Origin: Chlorokybus atmophyticus
Taxonomy: Eukaryota > Plantae > Mesostigma and Chlorokybus algae
DNA: 64,000 bases
Assembly: GCA_009103225.1 (NCBI GenBank)
Contig: RHPI01000003.1
Location: 218,900 to 282,899, forward strand
Direction: 5' to 3'
The position numbers were made by a program, and so were the translations under genes. The notes below the pieces were generated by a model. The model saw only the letters and a program-made list of their open reading frames with translations, searched no databases and was not told where the DNA came from. Position 1 is the first letter of the stretch; every line of letters starts with the position of its first letter. Positions 51,948 to 64,000 of the stretch are shown in pieces.

Positions 51948-53898
51948 ATGGGCAATAAGCTTTGCAAAGCCGGAGTCAAAGACAGCAGCAGTAAAGAGAG
52001 AAAAGCCAACAGAGAAACTGATTTTTCCGCAGCCGAGCAGCAAGGCTTAGATGAGCTGCATGAAATTGGAGCCAATGGCGAAGCGGCGCCCGTAGTTACA
52101 TTTGAACAGATGGTACTCAGTGATTCGCAGAAGAAAGTTGTCGCGGATGAACTTGACCACCTTGGCGTCGTGCAACCACAGGTTAGTATGTTTATTCTGC
52201 GTGTATGTGTGCACACGCTTAGATTGTGCGTGCTTCTGTGTGTCAAGTGTGCATGTGCGTGTGCGCGTGCTCGTGCATGTGTAGCTGCATGGTTGTGTGT
52301 TATTGACCTGTTGGCTTACAACACCGCATGACATCTTCAGCCACTGTTGCAGCGCCTCACTACTCTGCGAGCAGCCAGCCATGAGCCTGCTGAAGAAAGC
52401 ACACACGAACAGGCGCAAGCCAATGGCGACATTAATATGAAAGTAAGCTGTTTTTCTGGATGCGCTATCAGGTTCACATTTACAGCGTGTGATTGGAGTT
52501 GACGTTTTCCACTGTCTTCAGCAGGTAGCAGCAGCAAGCACTGTGATTAGTTCAACGGCAGCGCGCGTGGAGGACAATACAGCTTTCTCCACCAACTCTG
52601 ATGAGGTGATTGGCTGGTTGGGGAGGCAATGTGCACTTTGTTATTGTTGTTGTTGTTGAGCACGATTAGCAGTGTACTGAAAAGGAACCTTTCATTACTG
52701 CTTGCGTTGACAGCAAGCTTGTTGCAGAGGTTGCAGCCTCCAGCGCAGACAACAGCTGGCGACACTGCTGGTCGCCAGGTGGGTGACATGGGCTTGTCAA
52801 TGACATAGCTGCTGTGTTTATAGTGTAGGTTTGTTGGGCGCAACCATCCTGCCACTCACAGTTGGGAGGATCTTGTTGTCCCTTCAGCTTATGTTAACAT
52901 GTGTGCAGGCTGTTTCCACCAAAGTGACCCCAACAGTTCAACGGATTGGTCCCAGTGCCAAACAGGTAGGAAATCACTGAGCAAACAGCAAGCAAGGATG
53001 CATATCGGTGTTGCAAGTTGAAGAGGCTTGAGGGCCATGTGTTGTGCGCAACAGGACACATCACATGCGGCTACCAGCAAACAGCCCGCCATGGACGGCA
53101 TTGTGGAGGATCCAACCGCATCAGATGAAGAGGACATGTCGACTATGAAGCCTAGCAGTGTGCCCCGGCCTGAGCCTGGTAAGCTGCCCATGTTGCAAAG
53201 GGGTAGTACCAACTATCTAATGAAGCTGCTATGGCATAACATGGACTCCTGCATCATGGGTACCAGTCAGTGATACTGTAACGAATTGATTCCAACCCTA
53301 CCGATTGTCTGGTGCCTACAGTCAATGATTGGACGGAACCCGAAGCGGAGGTCAAGTGGCAGCCTTCTAAGCGACGAGGTATAATGACACCAACTGTTTC
53401 ACGTCAAAACATTATGGCAGTCGCTCGCGCTAACATTGATGTATACGTGGTTGTTGTTTACTCATCACTGGATATCATTTGAGCTTAATGCTGTGACTAT
53501 GCGCACAGGTGCCAAGCCACCATTGGAGCAAGTGTTGTCAGCCACGGGTGCGTTTGGCATGCGCATGTGCATGCGTGCGTGACATGGCTCTATGGTGCAC
53601 AAGTGGCTGAGTAACTTGTTCAATCCTTGTATGCGTAGTAGGCTGGCTGTGACTCAACCTGTTGGCTGTCACAGTGATAGCTGTTGAATTGTAGGCTCTC
53701 AGAGATTTGATGTATTACACTTACAGGCAATGGTTTTTGGCAGAAGCGGATGTGTTGCGGTTCAGTGCAACCAATCCTTTTGCAGCTGCGTCGGCAACCA
53801 CAAGCCCAACCAACCCATTCGCTGACCCTGTGCTACCACCAACCTCAACAGCTGGTCCAGACCAGCTGAGGTTCAGCGCAAACAACCCGTTTCTATAA
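51948..53898 (+). CDS. Hypothetical low-complexity protein with N-myristoylation/palmitoylation motif and three C-terminal NPF motifs
   Basis: Starts MGNKLCKAG. About 9 exons join in frame with GT-AG sites. The last exon reads EADVLRFSATNPF...TNPF...RFSANNPFL*. Confidence 0.7.
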
Positions 53899-54407
53899 CA
53901 GGCTGCTTGCGTCGCCGTGACGAGCAGCTTTGCACACTCCATGCCCTCACTCTCAACTCATGTGAAGCCTGAGAGCATGGGTATGCAGCATTGTCAAGTC
54001 AGGTGCCTTACACGACCATGGGCATTCATTGCGCTTTCACCAATGGCTAACAGCTGAACTGATTGGCGTCTTTCTGTGCAGTTATAGGAGGTAGGTACCG
54101 CCAGGATTACATGAGCCATCATCACACGTAGCAAGGGCCACTGCCTGTGTCGCCTTTCTTCAGGGCAATCGCAAAAGCTATTGGTTATGGTTTTGCGGTC
54201 GTCCAGCACATGCCTCAGGCATACAGGATTGGTGTCGAATAGATTGGTGATCGCACATAATGGAAACACGCACAGGATAACATACATCACCATGCACGGG
54301 TGTTTCTGCGCGTGCTGTGATGATCAAGCCAATCTGCTGCGCATGTGCATTGCTCCGCAAATATTGCTTTATTATGCTTAGATCTCATGATGCGCGGGGA
54401 AAAACGG

Positions 54408-54746
54408 NNNNNNNNNNNNNNNNNNNNNNNNNNNNNNNNNNNNNNNNNNNNNNNNNNNNNNNNNNNNNNNNNNNNNNNNNNNNNNNNNNNNNNNNNNNNN
54501 NNNNNNNNNNNNNNNNNNNNNNNNNNNNNNNNNNNNNNNNNNNNNNNNNNNNNNNNNNNNNNNNNNNNNNNNNNNNNNNNNNNNNNNNNNNNNNNNNNNN
54601 NNNNNNNNNNNNNNNNNNNNNNNNNNNNNNNNNNNNNNNNNNNNNNNNNNNNNNNNNNNNNNNNNNNNNNNNNNNNNNNNNNNNNNNNNNNNNNNNNNNN
54701 NNNNNNNNNNNNNNNNNNNNNNNNNNNNNNNNNNNNNNNNNNNNNN
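54408..54746. other. Assembly gap (N run)
   Basis: Run of n. Confidence 0.99.
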
Positions 54747-55632
54747 GGGGGTCATCATGGTGATGTGGAAAGGCACAACGACCAAGCATGTTCTTGTTTG
54801 TGGGATGTGAATTACATGTTGATGGCATTCGGCATTGCAAACACAACGGTACTGCATTTAAATGTAGCTGGTAGCTGCATGTTGATGACAGCACGGCATG
54901 TGTGGCATGACTACGATGCGTACGAGTTGTGAGTTGCAGGACTATGTCGCGACAGCATTATTGGGGGCGAGCGGGCTGGTCGTGTGGTTGTTCTGGTCGT
55001 TCTGGTCAGTCCGCGTCAGGCTCTAACCTGTCCTTATCCCTCTCCCTCTCCCTCCACCTGCACCTCTGCAGGTACTGCTGCTGCTCCTGCTGTCGGCATC
55101 GTCCTTGGTTGGCGTGCACTAAGCTAGCCAGCCCCCTTAGCACTAGGGTTCGTGCTAGGAACTGTGACTGTTGCGTGATGATGCATGCTTGGTTCTGCGC
55201 TTGTGTGCTTGTGTGCTACTGGTGTGCTACCGAGGGGCCCCTCTCTTTTACCTTATGCATACCCTATGTATCATGTACACAAACTTTGAGATTTAGAAGG
55301 CACGCAAAGTGTAAAAGGATTCCTTTTCGGCATTTGCACCTGCAGTCCGATATTCTAACGTTGCGGGCAGACGACGTTTTCAAATTTTGATCGCGGGAAA
55401 GTCGCGCAACAGCGGGCGCTTGAAGCACGGCGGCGGCGGCGGCGGACGAGGATCAGGAGGAGGACGAGATTTCAGCTTGGGCGACACGGCACAACACCTG
55501 AACCCTTCTAGGTTTGGTGTCTAGCTTTAGCCCCTCTGTGCTTGGACTCAGTCAGCTTCGAAGCCCAGCAGGGTGATGGGTACATACGCTTGGTAGCATG
55601 CAATAGGCGAGCCAGGCCAAGACGGCCTGGAT

Positions 55633-58600
55633 ATGGGCGACGATGACTGGGACCTGGACGCCGACGCCTTCGACCGGATCGTCGCCGACAGCCAGCGCCA
55701 GCTCGAAACCCGCAGGCAAGCAAGGAGGGGGAAGGAGTTGGACTGTAGCACACTAGCTTGAAGTGTTGATCTAATGCGACTGTGCAAGCAGCATTCTGCT
55801 TCAATTTCTTGGTGACTTGCAGAGTAGAGGGAGCATTCGCCAGCGCACCCTGCCGTTCAGGAGCAAACGGACAATCGCAGCAGCAGCAGCAGCAGCAGAA
55901 TGGCTGGAGGACTACCTCCGCCAGCAGCAGCCGGGGTCCTGCGGCCAACGGCCACAGAGGCTCGCAGGTGCGGCAAGTAAGTTGAAGCATGACGTGCGTA
56001 TGGTCATGCTGCATCGCGTTGTGCATTTCCTTATCTTTGTGGTTGTGCAAGGTGGCAAGCTATGTGTAAACGTGCATGCGCTAGTTCTGCTTGTGGTGTG
56101 TTTTGCATACTGCATGAAGATGATCTGCAAGCATTATGCTGTTTACCTAGTGCATGCTTACAGCACATAATAAACTGCAAGCATGCGTGCAGACGGTAAA
56201 GACAGAATGAAGTGCATGCATGCTTACAAGTTGTTAACTTTGCATACACATGTGCACAGATGTGCATGCAGTATGCAAGTGAGCAACATTGGCTTGCATT
56301 CTGCTATATGTTCTTGCATTAACTGATGCAATGTTCGTACTCAGAATGTTCGTCCATCAAACGCACAAGCCGCTCCACCAATGCAGCAACCACCAGGAGG
56401 AGCAGCAACAGCTGGAGCAGCAGGGGCAGAAGGAGCAGGGTTCTACAAGACGCCGGTCAAGGTCACGCTGCTGCTGACAAGGGACGGACGCGTGGAGGCA
56501 AAGTTTCCGTATAATAAGGTGGGTAAAGCATTTGGTGCTTGAAACAGGTTGCTTATAGATGGCGCAATAGGCTTCATGTTGTTCGTGTCTCATGCAGGCT
56601 GTTGTAGACGCCTGTAAGTCTATCCAAGGGTCAGCGTACCTCAAGGACTCGAGGTCTTGGGCATTTCCATTTAGCAAGCAAGAAGAGCTGATCAACACCT
56701 TGCAAGTGAGTACGGAGCTGCTCACTCTCCACATCTGAAATCTTGCATGCATGTCCAGCTCCTGTGGGACACATGTTGTGAGCTTGAGTCGATGCAGCTT
56801 TTACTGAGTACGAGCAATCTTGTGTAATGCTTAGTTGCATTGCAGTCGCTTTCAACTGCTGAGGTTCAGCTAGAGCGCGTGCCAGCGTTTGTCGAGAAGG
56901 TGTTTGAGTTGGCGTCTATGGCTTCTGATGACAGCGGTACGCATTTTTTTTTGGGCTGAGAACTTGTGATGATTGCATGTCTGCTTATTGTTGAAGTTGT
57001 GTTGTTGCTGCGCAGAACGGTACTTGCAACTACCACTGGACTTGGAGGCACAGTTGCTCCCATTCCAGAGAGACGGTGTGCAATTTATCCTTAAACATGG
57101 TGGGCGTGGTCTCATTGGGGATGAGATGGGCTGCGGCAAAACTATTCAGGTGTGCACAAAGCTTGCAACAAGAAAGGTGTCCGTTTATCTCGTGCTCATT
57201 TCTCCCTGTTGCAGGCCGTTGCTTTGGCCTGCTGCTATGAAGATGAATGGCCGCTGCTGCTGATGGTTCCCGGATCGTTGCGCATGCAATGGGGCACTGA
57301 GTTTGTAGACAGAATACCTTCTCTTTTGCGCAGCACCGACGTAAGGATTGTTGAAACAGGTACTAACCCTTCCATGTTTGCTGTTGCGTGCGCGCTAAGT
57401 AAATCCACCTTGCTGTTGCATGTAGACATGACTGTCATCCAGCACTTTGTAGTAAGTCCATTGTTGGGTTTGCTTTCAGCCAGCGATTGCACACTGGACG
57501 GTCTCGTCAATATCATGTCGTATGATTTGGTCACCAAGTTGTCAGAGGAGATTCAGCGCAGGAATTTTAAGGTGGTCATCGCGGGTGAGCGAACATCTGG
57601 CTGCTGCTGACTCGTACTCTCATAGCAACTTCATCCCAACATACCAAGTCCTGTGCTGCCTATTACAGATGAGTCTCACTATCTCAAGAATCGCTCGGCG
57701 AAGCGAACAGAGGCAGCTCTGCCCATATTGCAAAAGGCAAAGAGGGTGATACTCCTCACCGGCACGCCCGCGCTGGCGCGGCCGCTGGAGCTGTTCACGC
57801 AGCTGTCCGCGTTGCATCCAAAGGCGTTTAAGAACTTCAATGAGTACGCCGACCGGTACTGCCAGGGTGGGACCTTTGGCTACGGGACAGGCGCGTCCAA
57901 CCTGAGGGAGCTCCACGCCATGCTCGAGTCCGTGTTCATGGTCAGGAGGCTCAAGCGCGACGTGCTGGCGCAGCTGCCGCCCAAGCTGAGGCAGCAGGTG
58001 TACATCAACATCAAGCGCAGCAGCAGCGACGCCTTGCAATCGATTAAGAAGATATTTCACGATCTCGACAAACTTCCAAAGGTGGCGCTCAACACAGAAG
58101 GACTTGACAGCGCCTCCGCCCCTGGTGAATCGCGCAACTCAAGCGTTCATCGCCAGCTGCTGATGGATGTGAGGACTATGCGTGGTTGCATGCTGCCTTG
58201 CCTAGAAAGGTGAATCAGTGATCTCTGTGCATGCAAAATAATGGGAGCCTGTTGTTTGGTGTCCCTTCCTCGCAGCTTTACCGTGCCACAGCACGTGCGA
58301 AGGTGGCGGCCGTGCAGGAGTACCTTGAAACCTTGCTCGAAGGCAGCGATGGCAAGCAGCTCATCTTTGCACACCACCAGCACATGTTGGACGCGATTGA
58401 GGAGACTGTCCAGAAGCATGCGAAGTCCGGTGGCAAGATGAAGAGGGATAGCGTGGAGTACATCCGCATCGATGGCAGCACGCCGTCGGGGTCACGAGCG
58501 GCTCTTGTGCAGCGCTTCCAGAGCCAGCCTAGCTGCCGCGTGGCCGTGCTGGCTATTAAAGCAGCTGGTGCCGGCATCACGCTAACCGAAGCCAGCACGG

Positions 58601-59064
58601 TCGTGTTCGCGGAGTACTCGTGGACTCCTGGCGACATTGTGCAGGCAGAGGACCGCGCGCATCGCATCGGCCAGACAGACTGCGTGAATGTTATCTACCT
58701 GCACGCCAAGGACACTGCCGACGACATCATTTGGCGCTCGATCCAGAACAAGCTGAACAACCTCGGCACTGTTTTGAACGGGCAGGAAGCTGCTGCGGAC
58801 ATGAAGCTCGCCATTGAGAAACCCAAGGCTAAAGCAGAACCAGATCAGGCGAAGCGGCCCAGCCTTGACTTGCATCCCACCTCACAGCAACACGCCTCTT
58901 CCCCTGCCGGCACGCAGCGCAGCTTAGCAGAGTTCTGGAGTAAGAGCATGCAAGGCAGCCAAAGCCCAAGTACTCGCTCACAACCACATGGAACCGGTTC
59001 GAGTGTGCCCGAGCAAGTCAAAGCTGAGGACATTCAATCCCCCAATTTTCCGCACAAAAGGTAG
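55633..59064 (+). CDS. SMARCAL1: SMARCAL1/HARP annealing helicase (SNF2 family)
   Basis: HARP-like segment VEAKFPYN|KAVVDACKSIQG...SWAFP, then LLPFQRDGV, LIGDEMGCGKT, DESHYLKN, ILLTGTPALARPLELFTQ, LIFAHH, YIRIDGST, AAGAGITLT and QAEDRAHRIGQ. Confidence 0.96.
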
Positions 59065-60583
59065 GCACTACCCTCCATGTCCAAGGTATTCATAGTGATG
59101 AAGTTTTGCACAATAGCGACTCATGGCGATGCATTGGCAGGCAACATGTATGAGAGCCGGGACTCCCTGTCCAACAGCATAGCGGAATAGCAGATATAGT
59201 TATGCAAGCTGCTTCACATTGCACGCAAGGCGCTGCGCATGTTGCTGCATGCCGGTAAGTGCAAGGGAATAAGTGCAAATCTGGTGGCAGTGTGAAGGAC
59301 ATGGCTGCAACTGATGGGCGGCAAATCTGCGACGCAGGTGCTGCTTACTTTTATCATGGCACTCGAGAGGCATAAAAAAGCTGCACAAGGCAGTAGGTTG
59401 GCGGCATTAGGTTGGTTGAGGACAGCTGGAGAAGGAGGCCTGCACCTACCCGCATGGCATTGTCCTTTGTTGTAGGATTGCAGAAGCGGCGGTTGTACCG
59501 ATATATGCCCCATATGTAGGGTGAGGAAGATTAGGAATCATGCACGTTCATGTTATACTAAGTCGTTATTCACAGCCCAACCGCCTTCTCATACCATGCC
59601 TCGCGGCTTGGTACAAGACGTTACGCATAATCTCCTGAACGTACCAAATGTTCTCATACTGTGTCTGCGAGGCGGCAACTAATACTGACTGGCTGCTTCA
59701 ACGATGGCGATCTGCAGTATCATGTGCTGCAACATGCTGCTGCCGCCATGATGCCCTGCCTCTGGTAGAGCGCTTGTGCAGTACTGTCATATGCTGCTTG
59801 CACCCGCTTGCTTCACCTACACATGCCAGGGCATCTCAACTCCAAAGTTTCAAGCATCATCACTAAAGGAGCACCTGCAGTCCACGGCGTAGCGTCTTGA
59901 CAAGCACTGGTGTGCATGACCGCGTGTGAGTGAGGTAGAGCAGCACAGTGCGCTATACATACTGCATGTACATGTATAAATAGGACTAGCGTTTGGACAA
60001 ACATACCTACCAAGCACACATGCCTGGCAACTTTTACTCATGTTTGGAGTATAAGATCAAACCGTAATATGGTACCAACAGGTACGTGAGTAAACACCCA
60101 TGTAAAGAATAGCACTTTAAGTGGACAAGCAATTTGAACATTACTGTTAAAACAAATGTACATGGGTACTATACAGCGCAATGTTCCATACCCATACACC
60201 CATCAACGCGTGCACTCAACACCGCCACAAATAGCCACATCGTCACACATTCTCAATCAATGCATCAAGCACAGAATGACCACGCTGATACCGGCATTTC
60301 CGCCATAGTCGCGAGCGCATCTGGTCAGCGCCATTATGTGCAGCGGCAACCTATGCAGTATAGCTGCGCGTGCACCACAGGTGTCTATAAGTTCATGCTA
60401 ACGCCTACCACATTGCGTTCGTGCATGTGCGCACGTGGGATGCAGGTGTGTGGGGGTAACTTCGTGGGTATTAGTGGGGTGAAGTCTGTTTTCTTGGGCG
60501 TGCATGCGTGGGAGGTGCGCGCATGGGATCTATGGGCGTCGCGACGTGGGATTTTGGTTTTGGTGTGGTCCCCTGGGTAGGGG

Positions 60584-60780
60584 TGGGCTGCGCCATCCTC
60601 TGCGGCAGTGCAATGCTGAGGCGACGCCGGGAGCCTCGGGTGAGCAAGCCCACCCATACGAGACCCCCACCCAGACAAATTAGTTTAATATCATTGTGAC
60701 CCGATGGGCCACGTATCAGATATTAAGCTGATAAGAACAGATACTACACTTGATCTTAGCCAAAAGGCCGAGAAAGGTAT
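60584..60780 (-). ncRNA. U2: U2 spliceosomal snRNA
   Basis: The reverse complement reads ATACCTTTCTCGGCCTTTTGGCTAAGATCAAGTGTAGTATCTGTTCTTATCAGCTTAATATCTGATACG..., with the branch-point recognition sequence GTAGTA and the stem IV loop ATTGCAC. Confidence 0.98.
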
Positions 60781-60803
60781 GCCCGGGCATTGGGACGCCA
60801 AAA

Positions 60804-60811
60804 TTTATGTA
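60804..60811 (-). promoter_or_regulatory. TATA-like box of the U2 snRNA promoter
   Basis: TACATAAA on the minus strand at about -31 to -24, as in plant snRNA promoters. Confidence 0.65.
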
Positions 60812-61769
60812 CGCACCCCGCGCAGGGCTTCTCGACTCTTGAAGCGCTGGGGCCACCTTGACGGCTGCAATGCGCGTTACTGATCATCGCACGGCTGACA
60901 TTGCAAATGAAGTCCGAAGATCATGGACACTGATGTACGCGTGATGATGCAACATACACCATTCGTGCACATCGGCTGCATTTGCGGCTCCATAAAGCCA
61001 TGTTGTCATGAATCGCGAGTCATGACGCTCCGGACAGCCGTGATGCGCGACAGCAGCTTGGCGCTGTGGCGCCGTGCGTGTCCCCAATTTGCAAGCGCCG
61101 TGCGTCTGGTGCTAGCTCTAGACACAAAGCCTTGCTGCTTGCGTCGTGTAGGCAGAGAGGTTGTGTGTGAGCACGGTTGTAGACCCTAGCAGCAGGGCGG
61201 AGCTGCCGCTAGCCTTGCAAGCTCGAGCAGCTCAAGTCGGCACTGTCGCTTGGAGCTCACGATTAGCCAGTAGCTGCAGCAATAGTCTCCTCCAAGCAAA
61301 GTGGTAAGGTTTGTACTGGTTGCCACACGCTTAACAGTGTCAGTTCATCCAGCTGCATTGCATGACCATGCTCGTTTAACAACAAGCGAATGGGTTCCCA
61401 TAAGTGGTCATGCTGTTGTCAGCCCTGCGTCTGTTGCTCTGTGTTGCTCTGTAACTGCGGGTTACTTGCTTAGTCCTGCAGCTACTTTTGCTGTGTGCTT
61501 GTAGCAGCATGCATACGCTAGTAATGACGACTGCTCATTGCCAACGGGCAACGCCTGCCTGAAGGCACGTTGCTCTAGGCTGGTGAGCGTACCATGCAGC
61601 TTGGTGGCCGTGTTGTTGTGTTGCTTGCGTGTCAGCACTGTGCACTGCACTGCTTTGTACGGTAGTCCAGTCCATGCTGTCGCATTTACTTGAGGACTTT
61701 CATCAGTGCTGTTGCATGTGGGATTGCAAGTGACAGCAAGCCTGCAGGTGACTGTGTAAGCAAAGCAGA

Positions 61770-63244
61770 ATGCAGCGTGCAAGCGCCAGTCTGCTGGTAA
61801 CGCTGCTGCTCGGCACTCTGCTGATCATTGAAGGATATCGAGCGCTGCTGCAGTCCAACTGCGAGTCTGCACTGGTAGGTTCCTGTGCACCTCCCCGCCC
61901 CCGTTGGCCGAGTCAATTTGTGCTGTACTGTACTCCCACCTTAAATGTTATCGTTTCGGCCTCAAGCTGCCAGTGTTGGTGAATCAGTCACAGGCAGCTA
62001 GTGCTGCTGCTTCGTGCTTTACGTTGCTGCCGACACTAACACTATGCTAGAGCCCTGAGGCTGCTCGAGTTGAGGAGCACGTTGCCTGCAAGCAAAGTTG
62101 ATGCTGACATGGCTCTGTGGCAGGTTTGCGACAGCTTTGAGGACCTGCCTGATGGCAGTGCGCCACAGTCGACACTCTGGAGCGTAGAGACGTTCAATCC
62201 TAATGAGTACATCACAGTCTCCTCCGACAGAGCATTCCGGGGCAGCAAGTCACTTCACATCCACACCTCCAACAGCGGATACGAGCACGCCATGCTGGTG
62301 AACACCAACATCTTTCCAGGTTTGGGTCTTCTTAGGACAGCTCGTGCTTGTTGTCATAAAGCACTGAGCGTGGATTGCTACAACCTACAACCTGTGCTTG
62401 TCTCTCACGCTGGCGTGCGCAGTGCTGGACAACACCTTCTGGGGGCGCGTGTACATGTATTATGCGTCACCTCCACCACAAGCGCACTGGAGCATGATCA
62501 TTGCATCCGGCACGCTGCCTGGCCAGAGCTCACCAACGTATTTGCGCTATGGTGGTATGTGGACGCATCTTATGGCAAACTACTTTGGGCAAGACGAATG
62601 GCAGGTAAGCTCAGGAGGATGGGCACTCGCCTTTGAGTCCTGTCTCAGCACTTACCATCAAACGTGCAAACACCGTGACGTCCGCGCACAGGCTGCAGCT
62701 GATAACGTGGATGGGCAATGGGTCAACCAGACAGTCATGCCATCACAGCGTTGGGCCTGCATGGAGTTTTTATTCAAAGGTGCATGCATGCTTGCTGCTA
62801 TGGGCGAATGCAGTGCCTGCTGCTGTTGTCTGCATCAACATTGCTCGCTGAGTGTTGCCTGCTCATTGTGGTCAGGCAACACCAACGAGATGCACTTCTA
62901 CCTGGACGGAGTGGAGGTACAGAAGCTTGCCATCATGGGGGAGTCATCTGACAACTGCTGCAAGGGCCGCCCCTGGACTGCTCCCCTTTACGAGTATGAA
63001 TAACTCCTGTCAACGTGCCAAATCGCACTGCATGAGCCATATGCAATGCATCCAAATGCTGCAAGTCTTGCGTAGCAATGTGTGGTACTGCCAAGTCTTG
63101 CTGACTGCCATTGTGGACGTCTACTGCAGCAAGATTGCCATTGGCTGGGAGATTTACTCCAACATGGATTCCAACATCCAATCCTTTGACTTGTGGCTCG
63201 ATGATATCGCTCTCAACACAAACCGCATCGGCTGCGCTCGCTGA
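61770..63244 (+). CDS. Secreted Cip1-like (polysaccharide-lyase-like beta-sandwich) protein, 6 exons
   Basis: Signal peptide, then the spliced sequence SNCESAL|VCDSFEDLPDGSAP...AFRGSKSLHI...FWGRVYMY...HW...MPSQRWACMEF...EMHFYLDGVEV...KIAIGWEIY...DLWLDDIALNTNRIGC. This matches the Cip1-core pattern C..FE / W.C.E / W.DD.a....IGC. Confidence 0.75.
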
Positions 63245-64000
63245 ACTCTGTACTTGGTAACGTCCACATCTATTCATCAGGATGTGTGGGTGGAGTGCAA
63301 CGCTGTCCCTTGCGATGGCAGAACTCCTGCAGCTGGTTGGGGGCGGCAAACTGGGTCGCTAGGTGCCTTGTGTAAAACAGTGCTTGTTGTGAGGTAGCCT
63401 TCTCCTGTCAGTTAGCTAGCTGTGCAGTATTTGTGTACTACTCAGCTGTGTGGCTGATTGCGTACGTCGTCGTGTCTATGCGCGTACACGCGCGTTTCAA
63501 CTCCTTGTTACTGTACCACACCCTTTGAGCATGGGACTGCTGTTGAGGCCTTCTCTTGCAAATGCTCTTGAGCACTTCAAGCTGAGATTGAGTAACTCAG
63601 TTCATGTTACAACGGCCGTGCCACACTCATTCAAGTTGTGCTGCACAGCATGGGGCTCAAGCATTGCTCCGCATGTCCTCCTCCAGCATGCCCTACCATA
63701 ATTGCCATCTGGTATAGTCCCTTGGTGACAAGCCCGGCTGGGCCAACATGAGTGACCACGGTGCAACTACCCGCATGCATATGTACGACGACACCATTCT
63801 GGTACGAGCTGACCGTAATGTTGGCGTATGCTACAACCGTCATTGCGTGGGTCATTCACAATAGCTCAATAGCTGCAAAATGATTGCATGACGTCTATTA
63901 TACTACTATAGTCAATAAGAAGCATGTGCGCTATGATGCCGGTGGCCAACGACACATTGTGGGGATCCCTTTGCTGGTGGCACTGATTCGTTGGGTAGTC

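Noticed and set aside
53994-55200. Possible exons on either side of the third gap
   Set aside because: No coherent gene model can be built across the N run.
63631-64000. Possible last exons of a minus-strand gene running off the window
   Set aside because: Too little sequence and no recognisable motif.

Overview
Eukaryotic nuclear DNA with short GT-AG introns, a few apparent GC-AG introns and the standard code. It is intron-rich and gene-dense, and has three N gaps. The gene set and signals (plant-type NAR2/NRT3, HST, DGS1, an At2g01220-like nucleotidyltransferase, a telo-box, a plant-type U2 5' end with a TATA box) point to a green alga, probably an early-diverging streptophyte; this is an inference. 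From left to right: a decayed TE/pseudogene zone (1-4300); short tRNase Z (-) head-to-head with RACK1 (+); three tandem mTERF-like paralogs in different states of decay; an AT-rich island; a conserved hypothetical gene (+) converging almost stop-to-stop with DGS1/NCA2 (-); homogentisate solanesyltransferase (-) head-to-head with a secreted clostripain (peptidase C11)-family protease (+); a divergent NAR2/NRT2 nitrate-uptake pair; a small probable plastid membrane protein (-); a nucleotidyltransferase that may carry a fused unknown N-terminal domain (+); a LITAF-domain protein; a myristoylated NPF-motif protein; SMARCAL1; U2 snRNA (-); and a secreted Cip1-like protein. The most notable items are the bacterial/fungal-type Cip1-like and clostripain genes, the mTERF-like birth-and-death array (whose first copy ends in a duplicated RACK1 stop/3'UTR), and the NAR2-NRT2 pair. 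All gene models were spliced by eye and all family calls come from motif recognition; no searches were run.
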